26,151 bases of DNA from a virus (lineage: Duplodnaviria; Caudoviricetes): the IMG/VR virus record IMGVR_UViG_3300010362_000584, positions 1-26,151 of that record; one strand, written 5' to 3'. Made by a program: the position numbers and the translations under genes. The notes below the pieces were generated by a model. It was given only the letters and a program-made list of their open reading frames with translations, had not been told where the DNA came from and did not search any database. This document shows, piece after piece, positions 1-8,637 of the stretch. Every line of letters begins with the position of its first letter. Within the stretch, counting starts at the first letter, position 1.

Positions 1-2
1 AC

Positions 3-3000
3 GAGTACCTCAACCCGCCCCCGCCTGAACCCCCTGCACCAGCCCCATCAGAAAACCTGCTCACCCCCGACGCTGCCGGGCCCCCACCCACACCAACCCC
101 CCAGGTACCGTCTACTGCTGTACCACCGCCAGTATTGACAAGTCCCGCTCCACCTGCTACAACTGTGCCAGAGACGGGGACGTCCGCCCCGACTCCGACT
201 GCAGCGCCCTCGGGTGGAGTACCGACCGCTCCGAGCAGGCCCAGTCCTGCGACGACGCAGACGGGGGTAGTAAGCGGCACACCCCCCGGTGCGCCCCCTC
301 CTCAAGGGCCCCCGCCTGCGGTTCGTCCATCACCCACCCAGCAGCAGTTTGTCTCCGAGCACCTGCAGGACGCGCTCGCCGTCGAGGCGCGCACCGGTAT
401 CCCGCACCAGGTCCTGCTGGCCATCCCAGGCAACGAGACGGGCTGGGGTCGGGTCGTGCAGGGCAACAACTTCTTCGGCATCAAGGGCACCAACCCCAAG
501 ACGGGCGCCAACACGGGCCCCGTCGGGACCTGGGAAGAAGTCAACGGCCAGCGGGTCAACATCCAGGACACGTTCAGGGCGTACGGGTCGTACCAGGAGT
601 CGGCCGACGACTTCGCCCAGTTCCTGAAGGACAACCCGCGCTACCGCCCCGCGCTCGACTACCTGAACCAGAACCCCAAGGACTGGCGCGGGTTCATCAG
701 GAAGGTCCACGAGGCGGGCTACGCCACCGACAGCCAGTGGTCGAGCAAGATCGTGGCTATCGGCAACAGCATCGAAAACGGCGGCGCGCCGACCCAGAAC
801 TCGACCGACACCTCAGGCGCGGCCAACCGCACCTCGACCAGCATGCTCGGCCCCGACCGGACCACGGGCCGACAGGGCATCAAGTCGGTGATCGACGTGG
901 CCAACCAGGCCATCGGCACGCGCTACCAGTACGGCGGGCCAGGCGGCAGGTCCGACTTCGGCGAGACGCTGCTGCCGACCGATTGCTCGGGCTTCGTTAG
1001 CTGGGCCTACGAGCGCGCCACGGGGCTGCGCGTGCCCGCCTATACGGGCGACATCTGGCGCACCACGCGCGGCATCCGCGCCGAAGAAGCTGTGCCAGGC
1101 GACCTGGTCATGTTCAACATGGACAACCCAGACCCGGGCATCCAGCACGTGGGCATCTATCTGGGCAACGGCAAGATGATCCACGACTCCAGCCTGAACC
1201 CGAACGGCGGGGTGGACATCACCAGCCTGTGGAAGGGCGCCGAGTTCAGGCGCGTGGCGGGCGTCGACCCGAGCCTGGTCAACGCCGCTCAGCCCACCGA
1301 CCGTCCCGGTCTGTTCAGCCAGCCGCTCAACCTGCCGCACGCGGCCGACTACTCGTTCAAGCCGCAGCCCCTGCCGCCAGGCGAGTGGTCGACGTTCGTG
1401 CCCGACCGACCAGGCCCAGGCTCAGCCCTCAAGCGCAGCCCGCTCAAGACGTGGGGCGCGCCGCAGGGCATGGGCAACGACCTGGGCGCGGGCGCCGACG
1501 ACCCCAAGCCGAGCATGTCCAAGAAGGAAGCCAGCTACGTCAAGAAGGCCCCCGAGGACCACTGTGCCGACTGCAGCATGTTCCGCAACCAGAAGTGCAC
1601 GCTGGTCAAAGGCCAGATCAACCCGGGCGGGTCGTGCGACTACTTCGAGCCCAAGCAAGCAGGCGTCGGTGCGGGCCAGGAGGGCTTCACCGAGGGCGGC
1701 GGCGGGGGCGCGCTGATCGAGGAGAACGACGAGGAGCGCGAGCGGCGGCGGCAGATGGAGATCCGCCGCTACATGGCCGAGAAGGCGGCGCTGGGCATGC
1801 CTCCCCGACCGACGCTCCAGCAGGGCCTGCGCGACGCCAACGCGGCCATCGACCGGCGCCTGGACGAGGCGGGCCAGGCGTTCCGCACCAGCGCTGAGGC
1901 GGGCACGCTGCCGCAGGACATCGCCTCAGGCATCGCCGAGACAGGCGGCGGGGCGCTCAGCGCGCTCGGCACAACTGCGCGCGGTGCAGCGGACACAATC
2001 GGCGGCGCGCTGAGCGGGCCTGGCCAGGCCATCCAGGCAGCAGGCGAGGAAGCGTTCAAGACCGACCAGGGCCCGTCTCGTATACAGCAGATTCTGAACC
2101 CGCCAACGCCCCAGCCGAGCGCACAAGAGACCGTGCAGCAGGCCATCACGCCCGCTATCGAGCAGGCGCCGAGCGTGCTGCAGGGGATCTACCAGGGCGC
2201 CCAGGAACTGAACCGCCAGACGCCAGGCCAGGGCGCGGTCGAGATCGCCCAGAACATCGCCGCCAACCCCGATGTGCAGCGCACGGCGCAGGTCGCCGAC
2301 CAGATCGCGCGGGTCATGAACCCGATGACGTCGGGCTCGACGATGGCTCCCGGTGTCGAGGCCAGCGTCAGGTTCATGAAGGACAACGGCTACGACACGA
2401 CGCCCGTCGAGAACATCATGAACGAGCAGCCGTCGCCGGGTAGCGTGTCCGAGTACGTGGCCAAAGGCGGGGTGATCAACAACCCGTTCGACGGCGCGCG
2501 GCTGATGTGGGAGGCGTGGGACAAGTCCAACCGCATCAGGGAAGAGGCGCTCAAGCAGGCCCAGGCGCCCGAGATCAGGGACACGCCCGAGGGCTGGGCC
2601 AATCGCCAGGTGCTGATGGTCGCGTCTGACCCGACGACGTACATCGGCCTGCCCGCTGGCGGCATCGCCGACGGGGCCAGGACGCTGCGCGCGGCCGAGA
2701 TGGCCGAGCGGGCGACCGAATTGAAGGGGCTCGGGCTGCGCATCCCCGAGGTCAGGGGGCGCACCGCCGCCGAGATCGTCGACCTGCTGCAGGATCAGGT
2801 GCTGCATGACGCGTTCGCCCGCCCATACACCGAGGACGAGATGCGCGCCATCCTGCAGCGCGCCTCGCTCGACCTGAACAGCACTGCCCTGGAGGCCCTG
2901 TCCACGCCCGCCAAGGGCAAGTTCGAGCCGCTCTCGGGCGAGCAGATCAGGCGCGTGGTGATGAACGCGGTGGGCGAGGCCGACCCGACCATCAAGCCTG

Positions 3001-6000
3001 GCGACCTGCTGCGCAAGACCGACGACATCCTGCGCGGCGCGGATCACCCCGGACTGACCACCGATGCGCTGCTGGCGAGCGGCGAACCGGTCTTCGACGA
3101 CGTGGTCCAGGCAGGCTTGCCGTGGTTCAGGGGCACCGCTGCCGACGGCCGACTGCTCGAATCGAAGATGCGCGCTTCCATCAATTCGCTCGAAGACAAC
3201 ACGGCGCGCAGGGCGCTGGCGAACAGCCTGCCCGCGCGCGCCTCGGCCCAGTTCGCGCTCGGCCTGGGCGTCGGTGGGCTGGCGGCGGGCCACGAACTGG
3301 CGACCAACAACAAGGACGACCCCAACCTGTGGGGCAAGGCGTTCGCCAAGGGCGCCACGGGCTTCCTGCTCGGCGTCACCTCGCCGTACATGGCAGGGGC
3401 GTGGAACCGGACCGTCACGCCCGCCTTCAACCGCGTCGTACTGGACAACCTGAACTCGATCTTCGCGCCGATCAACCTGCTGCGCGACGAGACCAAGAAC
3501 CCGCTCCAGGCGTGGGTCGGCGAGCGCATGCAGTCGACGGCGGCGGCGCTCATGCACGAGGACCGCTGGCGCTCGGCGTTCGGCGACATGAGCCCCGACG
3601 ACTGGTGGGAACTGGCCAAGGAGATCGAGAAGACCGACGCGCTGCCCGCGCGCTTCGCGGGCAACGCCAGGGCCCAGGAGGCGCTCGACCTGTGGCGCAA
3701 CATCGCCCTGTGGGCGCGCAAGTACGACATCATCCCCGAGCCGATCAAGTTCCCGTCGGTCGGCGGCGCGCGGCTGTACCTGCCCCATGTGCGGGCGACC
3801 GAGTGGGACACCGCAATGAGCAAGGTCGGCGCGGCCAAGGGACCGGGCCAGGTCTCGCGCGACCCGTTCCGCCACTACAAGGTCAACCGCGAGTTCGCCA
3901 CGCTGGAGGCGGGCGAAGCGGCGGGCGTCAAGTACGAGAAGGACCTGCCGCAGCTTCTAGGCAGCTACTACAAGCGCGCGCTCGACCTGGTCGCCCACGA
4001 GCGGCTGGCCGAGCAGATCAGCAACCTGGCAGCCAAGAACGACCCGTCGCTGATCAGCCCCGCCGCGCTGGCCCGCTGGGTGATTCAGGACAGCGACGTG
4101 GTGCGCTGGCCGAAGACCGGGCTGCGCGGCCTGAACCGTCCGAGTGACGCGCGCCACATCAACTCCGTCGACGCACTGCGCCACATCCAGGATCAGCACA
4201 AGGTCGGCATCAACCTGGACGACGTGTACATCTCCGAGGACATGTACCGCGTGCTGCAGAACATGTTCGGCGAGGAGTCGTCGAACCTGCTCGACAACAA
4301 GGCGGTGCGTGCGCTGACCATCGACCTCAACTCGGTCTTCCGACACAATGTGCTGAGTGGCATCGACTTCTACCACCCGATCAACGAGATCCGGCAGATG
4401 TTCGCCACGCAGGGCGCGTACGCCCCGCGCACGCTGTGGCAAACGTTCACCCAGCACACTTTGCCTGGCGCCCACCGCCGCTGGCTGCAGGACCCCGCGA
4501 CCATCGCCAGCATGCGCGAGGCGCTGCGCGACGGGCTCGATCTGACCACCTCGCCCGACATCGCCGAGCACATGAGCGTCAAGCAGCGCTGGGCCATCGA
4601 CGCCATGAACACGGTCACGGGCGGCGTGGTCGCCTACCAGGCCGCGCTGCAGTCGGGCGCCAGCCAGGAGGACGCGCTCAAGGCGGGCGCGGCGGGCGCG
4701 GCCATGGGCGCTCTGACCTACGCCCCGGTGCTGCCGACCAGGGCGGGCAGCACCTGGAAGTGGGGCATGGGCGGGGCGCAGCGCTCGCTGGTCGAGAACA
4801 TCACCAGCACCGTGTTCAACCGCTGGCTGCCGTTCTGGAAGCTGACCACGTACCAGATGCTCAAGCCAGGCATGGAGGGCAAGTCGGTCGCGGCATTCGT
4901 CAACCAGGTCTACGGCGGGCTGAACATGCTCCAGATCGGCCGCTCAAGACATGTGCAGGACGCGCTGCGGATGAGCGTGCTGACGCCCGACTGGACTGAG
5001 TCGTGGGCGCGCATGTTCGGCTCGGCGCTCTTCCGCTGGGGCAAGGATGAACCGGTCGGCGCGCTCTCCCGCCGCTACTGGGCGAACGCGGCGGTGCAGG
5101 GTGCGCTGATGCTGGAGACGGCCAACCTGATCTTCGGCGGGCACAGCGCCTGGGAGAACGACCCCGACGCGGTGCTGCTGGTCGACCTGTCGCAGCTATA
5201 CGACTGGATGCACTGGCGCCGCCAGGACCCGCGCACGGGCGAGAAGGTCACCCCGTACCTGGACATCCTGGGCCCGCTCAAGGCCATCTTCGAGCCGCTC
5301 CAGTTGACCGCCCGCGCGGCGGCGTCGACCGGGTACGAGAAGCTCGGCTTCGACCCCAAGACGATGCCCTTCCGCGCTGAGATTGCGGGCGAGCCAGGCA
5401 AGACCTACCAGCCCGACTGGGGCACGTCCTGGAAGAGCTACATCGGCAACCGCACGGGCTGGCTGCCGAGCACCGTCTTCGAGCAGTGGAACGGCTCGGA
5501 CTGGAGCGGCCGACCGATCAGCCAGCCGAGCGACTCCGAGGCGCAGAAGATGGCCGGTCAGATTCTCCAGTTCGCACAGCGCATCATCCCCGCTGGGCAG
5601 AGCGACCTGGCGCGCGGCATGGCGCGTGGCGAGCCGCCCGCCGCCACGATCCTGAGCGTGCTGACGGGCATGCGCACCAGGCGCGAGTCGGACACCACGC
5701 GCTACTTCAAGCAGATCGACGAGGAGCGCAAGCGGCTGGGCGTGTCCGATCAGGACTGGAACAAGCAGCGGCTGGATGACTTCAGGAACAACCAGCGTGT
5801 CGACGGGCTGATCGAGGGCTACACCAATGGCACGCTGGTCAACGACAGCACGCCCGTCGACCCGATGAAGAACCCGCTCACGCCGCGCCAGCGCACCGAG
5901 TTGATCGCCGACCAGAGCAAGCAGCGCATCACTCAGCGCGAGCGGCTGAACACCCTGGTCGACACCAGCGACGTGGCTGACCAGACCGAGAAGGACCGCA

Positions 6001-7256
6001 TCCAGCGCCACTTCAACGACCTGCAGAAGCTGAACATCATCTCGGGCCAGGAGAACGTGCCCGCCGACCCCGAGCCCGACGACATGGCGCACATGGATGA
6101 GATCTACCGGCTAGCGTGGATGAAGGACCCGCACGAGGTGGCGCGCCTGAAGGGGCTGCCGCGCGACCAGGACTGGCCCGCCAACATCGGCGAGGCGGCG
6201 CAGGCCATCTTCAACCACCCGCCCAACTACGAGGCCGACCGCAGGCTGGCCGACCTCAGATCGCGCTGGCTGATCGAGGCGAGCAATACCTGGGGCGTCG
6301 ACCCGGCTGTGCTGCAGGACTACATCAAGGCGCGGGTGTACCAGGTGACCGACCGCAACGGCCAGTTCGTGCCGCCGCCGCTGCCTGGCGTGACGTCGGC
6401 CCAGCTTGACCGGTGGGTCGACGACTGGCAGGCCAAGGGGCGCGACGAGAAGGGCAACGCGCTGCCGCTGAACGAGGATGCGGCGATGTACCGCCAGCAG
6501 TACGTGATGGAGCTTGCGCGCCAGACGGGGCTCGACCCGCAAGCCATCCAGCAGCGCATTCAGCTACGCGTGATGCCCGTCCAGGACTCGACGCCCGCCG
6601 CCATCGAGCGCAGGCACGCTCTGGACGTGCTCAACAACGCGCGCTTCTATCGCTACCAGGACGAGCAGGGCAACCCGGTCGGCACGCCGGTCGACTGGAA
6701 GCGCTGGGACGGCGAGATCGAGGCCGCGCGCAAGACCTCGTACGCCTTCCGCTCGGGCGCCTTCGGTATCTTCCAGAAGGACGGCAAGCTGGACGAGGAC
6801 CTGACCAACAAGTACAAGTGGCAGCAGCAGGGCCGCGCCAACAAGCTCAAGGATGTGCTCAACTCGCAGCACGCCGACGACTACCAGCACTGGTTTGGCG
6901 ACGGCGCGGACCTGACCGAGGACCAGTGGCGGCAGTACCAAAACGGCACGCTCGACATGTGGAAGGACAAGCCGCCGCCCATCGAAGCCAAGAACCGCAC
7001 GCGGGCCATGCGCCTGTGGGCCGCGCTCACGCCCCAGGAGCGCGTCGACCGGGGCGTGGAGATACAGGGCGGCGGGCCGCCGATCAGCTACCTGCACAAG
7101 TGGCCAAGCGGCATCTGGACGACCGAGCGGGTGCCCCTGGCAGCGTATATGCGCTACATCAACGCCAACCGCTCGGGCGCTTACCTGCTCGGTGATCTGG
7201 ACCCCAAGAACGATCCTGATCTATCCTCGGGAGGTCCGTATGCCTCAGAGCCCTGA
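3..7256 (+). CDS. Giant virion/internal (ejection-type) polyvalent protein with GH73 glucosaminidase, NlpC/P60 and HiPIP-like domains; 5'-truncated
   Basis: Frame is open from nt 3 (EYLNPPPPEP...), so the TTG at 135 is probably not the start. GH73/FlgJ motifs ETGWG, NNFFGIKG, FRAY, GYATD; NlpC/P60 motifs YQYGG, DCSGFV, PGDLV, HVGIYLGNGKMIH. The rest is long and probably helical, with hydrophobic Gly/Ala segments and an LPD38-like 'DWSGRPI' motif. Confidence 0.85.
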   Translation, partial: EYLNPPPPEPPAPAPSENLLTPDAAGPPPTPTPQVPSTAVPPPVLTSPAPPATTVPETGTSAPTPTAAPSGGVPTAPSRPSPATTQTGVVSGTPPGAPPPQGPPPAVRPSPTQQQFVSEHLQDALAVEARTGIPHQVLLAIPGNETGWGRVVQGNNFFGIKGTNPKTGANTGPVGTWEEVNGQRVNIQDTFRAYGSYQESADDFAQFLKDNPRYRPALDYLNQNPKDWRGFIRKVHEAGYATDSQWSSKIVAIGNSIENGGAPTQNSTDTSGAANRTSTSMLGPDRTTGRQGIKSVIDVANQAIGTRYQYGGPGGRSDFGETLLPTDCSGFVSWAYERATGLRVPAYTGDIWRTTRGIRAEEAVPGDLVMFNMDNPDPGIQHVGIYLGNGKMIHDSSLNPNGGVDITSLWKGAEFRRVAGVDPSLVNAAQPTDRPGLFSQPLNLPHAADYSFKPQPLPPGEWSTFVPDRPGPGSALKRSPLKTWGAPQGMGNDLGAGADDPKPSMSKKEASYVKKAPEDHCADCSMFRNQKCTLVKGQINPGGSCDYFEPKQAGVGAGQEGFTEGGGGGALIEENDEERERRRQMEIRRYMAEKAALGMPPRPTLQQGLRDANAAIDRRLDEAGQAFRTSAEAGTLPQDIASGIAETGGGALSALGTTARGAADTIGGALSGPGQAIQAAGEEAFKTDQGPSRIQQILNPPTPQPSAQETVQQAITPAIEQAPSVLQGIYQGAQELNRQTPGQGAVEIAQNIAANPDVQRTAQVADQIARVMNPMTSGSTMAPGVEASVRFMKDNGYDTTPVENIMNEQPSPGSVSEYVAKGGVINNPFDGARLMWEAWDKSNRIREEALKQAQAPEIRDTPEGWANRQVLMVASDPTTYIGLPAGGIADGARTLRAAEMAERATELKGLGLRIPEVRGRTAAEIVDLLQDQVLHDAFARPYTEDEMRAILQRASLDLNSTALEALSTPAKGKFEPLSGEQIRRVVMNAVGEADPTIKPGDLLRKTDDILRGADHPGLTTDALLASGEPVFDDVVQAGLPWFRGTAADGRLLESKMRASINSLEDNTARRALANSLPARASAQFALGLGVGGLAAGHELATNNKDDPNLWGKAFAKGATGFLLGVTSPYMAGAWNRTVTPAFNRVVLDNLNSIFAPINLLRDETKNPLQAWVGERMQSTAAALMHEDRWRSAFGDMSPDDWWELAKEIEKTDALPARFAGNARAQEALDLWRNIALWARKYDIIPEPIKFPSVGGARLYLPHVRATEWDTAMSKVGAAKGPGQVSRDPFRHYKVNREFATLEAGEAAGVKYEKDLPQLLGSYYKRALDLVAHERLAEQISNLAAKNDPSLISPAALARWVIQDSDVVRWPKTGLRGLNRPSDARHINSVDALRHIQDQHKVGINLDDVYISEDMYRVLQNMFGEESSNLLDNKAVRALTIDLNSVFRHNVLSGIDFYHPINEIRQMFATQGAYAPRTLWQTFTQHTLPGAHRRWLQDPATIASMREALRDGLDLTTSPDIAEHMSVKQRWAIDAMNTVTGGVVAYQAALQSGASQEDALKAGAAGAAMGALTYAPVLPTRAGSTWKWGMGGAQRSLVENITSTVFNRWLPFWKLTTYQMLKPGMEGKSVAAFVNQVYGGLNMLQIGRSRHVQDALRMSVLTPDWTESWARMFGSALFRWGKDEPVGALSRRYWANAAVQGALMLETANLIFGGHSAWENDPDAVLLVDLSQLYDWMHWRRQDPRTGEKVTPYLDILGPLKAIFEPLQLTARAAASTGYEKLGFDPKTMPFRAEIAGEPGKTYQPDWGTSWKSYIGNRTGWLPSTVFEQWNGSDWSGRPISQPSDSEAQKMAGQILQFAQRIIPAGQSDLARGMARGEPPAATILSVLTGMRTRRESDTTRYFKQIDEERKRLGVSDQDWNKQRLDDFRNNQRVDGLIEGYTNGTLVNDSTPVDPMKNPLTPRQRTELIADQSKQRITQRERLNTLVDTSDVADQTEKDRIQRHFNDLQKLNIISGQENVPADPEPDDMAHMDEIYRLAWMKDPHEVARLKGLPRDQDWPANIGEAAQAIFNHPPNYEADRRLADLRSRWLIEASNTWGVDPAVLQDYIKARVYQVTDRNGQFVPPPLPGVTSAQLDRWVDDWQAKGRDEKGNALPLNEDAAMYRQQYVMELARQTGLDPQAIQQRIQLRVMPVQDSTPAAIERRHALDVLNNARFYRYQDEQGNPVGTPVDWKRWDGEIEAARKTSYAFRSGAFGIFQKDGKLDEDLTNKYKWQQQGRANKLKDVLNSQHADDYQHWFGDGADLTEDQWRQYQNGTLDMWKDKPPPIEAKNRTRAMRLWAALTPQERVDRGVEIQGGGPPISYLHKWPSGIWTTERVPLAAYMRYINANRSGAYLLGDLDPKNDPDLSSGGPYASEP
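339..776 (+). other. GH73 (FlgJ-like) glucosaminidase domain
   Basis: NETGWG, GNNFFGIKG, TWEEVNG, FRAYGSYQES, NPRY, AGYATD. Confidence 0.9.
876..1262 (+). other. NlpC/P60 (C40) peptidase domain
   Basis: IGTRYQYGG...DCSGFVSWAY...PGDLVMF...HVGIYLGNGKMIH; Cys-His-His triad present. Confidence 0.9.
1515..1655 (+). other. HiPIP-like [4Fe-4S] 4-Cys mini-domain
   Basis: SKKEASY...HCADCSMF...KCTLVKGQINPGGSCDYF resembles the short HiPIP pattern Y-x(n)-CxxCxxF-x(n)-CxxVxGxIxPxGxC. Confidence 0.7.
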
Positions 7257-7446
7257 CAAGTACACCGGCAAGGTCAAAGTGGGCAGCGGGCCGGTGCCGC
7301 TGCAGCGGTGGTCCGACAAGGACCGAGTGAGTGCGCGTGAGGACATGCGCATGGAGGAACGCAAGAGCCCGCATCCCAAGGAGAACTTCTCGGCCCTGCC
7401 TACCCCGTGGAAGGGGTACGGGCCACGCAAGGGGGAGGACGAATGA
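7240..7446 (+). CDS. Small hypothetical protein (68 aa)
   Basis: GGGAGG RBS before ATG 7240; overlaps the end of the giant gene. Confidence 0.7.
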   Translation: MPQSPDKYTGKVKVGSGPVPLQRWSDKDRVSAREDMRMEERKSPHPKENFSALPTPWKGYGPRKGEDE

Positions 7447-7484
7447 GGTTCCGACGCGGCAAGAAAGGTGTGAGGACCAAGTAA
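7443..7484 (+). CDS. Basic micro-peptide MRFRRGKKGVRTK (13 aa)
   Basis: GGGGAGG RBS; ATGA overlap with upstream stop and TAATG overlap with downstream start. Confidence 0.45.
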   Translation: MRFRRGKKGVRTK

Positions 7485-7669
7485 TGGCCACGATCAACAG
7501 CAAGCACCAGAAGGTCAGCGGCAAGAGCGCGGGTACCAACTACGAGTACAAGCGCGACGGCTATGCCTCGGGCCCGGTACCCAAGTCCATGCAGGGGACG
7601 AAGGTCGGCCTGACCAACCACCAGGGCTACTCGGGCCCGAGCGTGGCGCAGGGTACGCACAGCAAGTAG
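7484..7669 (+). CDS. Small basic Gly/Ser/Lys-rich hypothetical protein (61 aa)
   Basis: GAGG RBS, ATG 7484, codon usage like neighbouring genes, ends 3 nt before scaffold start. Confidence 0.75.
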   Translation: MATINSKHQKVSGKSAGTNYEYKRDGYASGPVPKSMQGTKVGLTNHQGYSGPSVAQGTHSK

Positions 7670-7672
7670 GAC

Positions 7673-8551
7673 ATGACCGAGACCCCCGCAGACAACGCTG
7701 CCGACGTCGAACAACTCCCCGCTGCGCCCGAAGCTCCCGCAGCGCAAGAGGACACGGCACCGGAGACGGAAGCGGACGCCCGTGAGCGACAAATCCAGCT
7801 TCGGCTGACCCAGCAGGGCCGCGAACTGGCCGCTGCGCACCGCCAGGCCGAGGTGGCCACGGCTGCCTCGCAGGCCATGGCGACGCAGATCCAGGAGATG
7901 CGCGGCTACATGGTTCAGATGGCCAAGGGCCTGAACGAGCGCGAGCAGCGCGACCAGGCCCAGCGTCAGCAGCAGATGGAAGCCGAACTGGCCAGCCTCC
8001 CCCCCGCCGACAGGATGCAGCGTCAGATCGAGATGCTGCAGGGACAGATCCGGCAAATGCAGCAGCGGCCTGCTGTGCCACCCGCACAACCAGCGCAGCC
8101 GCAACGCCAGCAGACCCAGCCCCAGCGCCAGGCGACCGACGACGAGCGGCGCCAGTACATGGAAAAGCGCGTCCAGGAGATCGTCTCCGAGGCCGAGCGC
8201 ACCTACGGTGTCAGGCCCAACCTGGACGAGATCCCCGACGAGGACTGGGGCAACGAGACCGCGTTTTATTCGGCGGCTATGCGACAGGCGCAATCACGCG
8301 CCGGAGGCAACACTGTGGCACCTAAACCGAAGGACGAGACCCCCGCGCAGATGCGTGAGCGCATTCGGCAGGAGGAGCGTGAGAAGCTGGGCGCCACGTC
8401 GCCCGCGTCGCCCCGCCCCGCCGCGACTGGCGGTCGCAAGAAAGCCGCCAGCGAATCAGATGTGCGCGCGGCAGCCCAGAGCTACGACTCCAAGGCGGGC
8501 CCGAAGGCCAACCTGGAGCGCATGAAAGAACTCCGCAAGAGCATGGGATGA
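7673..8551 (+). CDS. Putative capsid scaffolding protein
   Basis: Acidic disordered N-terminus, Gln/Glu/Arg coiled-coil, directly upstream of the MCP. Confidence 0.7.
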   Translation: MTETPADNAADVEQLPAAPEAPAAQEDTAPETEADARERQIQLRLTQQGRELAAAHRQAEVATAASQAMATQIQEMRGYMVQMAKGLNEREQRDQAQRQQQMEAELASLPPADRMQRQIEMLQGQIRQMQQRPAVPPAQPAQPQRQQTQPQRQATDDERRQYMEKRVQEIVSEAERTYGVRPNLDEIPDEDWGNETAFYSAAMRQAQSRAGGNTVAPKPKDETPAQMRERIRQEEREKLGATSPASPRPAATGGRKKAASESDVRAAAQSYDSKAGPKANLERMKELRKSMG

Positions 8552-8634
8552 GCGGCACTACCGGGACGCAAGCGCAGCCTGCACAGGTCAAGCCCAGTTA
8601 CCCCAAACCCAGGAAAAAACCCAAGAAGAGGTAA
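8548..8634 (+). CDS. Basic micro-protein MSGTTGTQAQPAQVKPSYPKPRKKPKKR (28 aa)
   Basis: ATGA overlap with scaffold stop; fills the gap to the MCP; in frame with MCP (TAA CCC ATG). Confidence 0.5.
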   Translation: MSGTTGTQAQPAQVKPSYPKPRKKPKKR

Positions 8635-8637
8635 CCC

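Noticed and set aside
135-137. TTG start of the giant ORF
   Set aside because: The frame is open to the window edge and there is no SD; the gene probably starts upstream.
1926-3875. 649-aa minus-strand ORF and the many other long antisense or alternate-frame ORFs
   Set aside because: Shadow ORFs expected from strong GC3 bias; Arg/Gly/Val-rich with no recognisable motifs.
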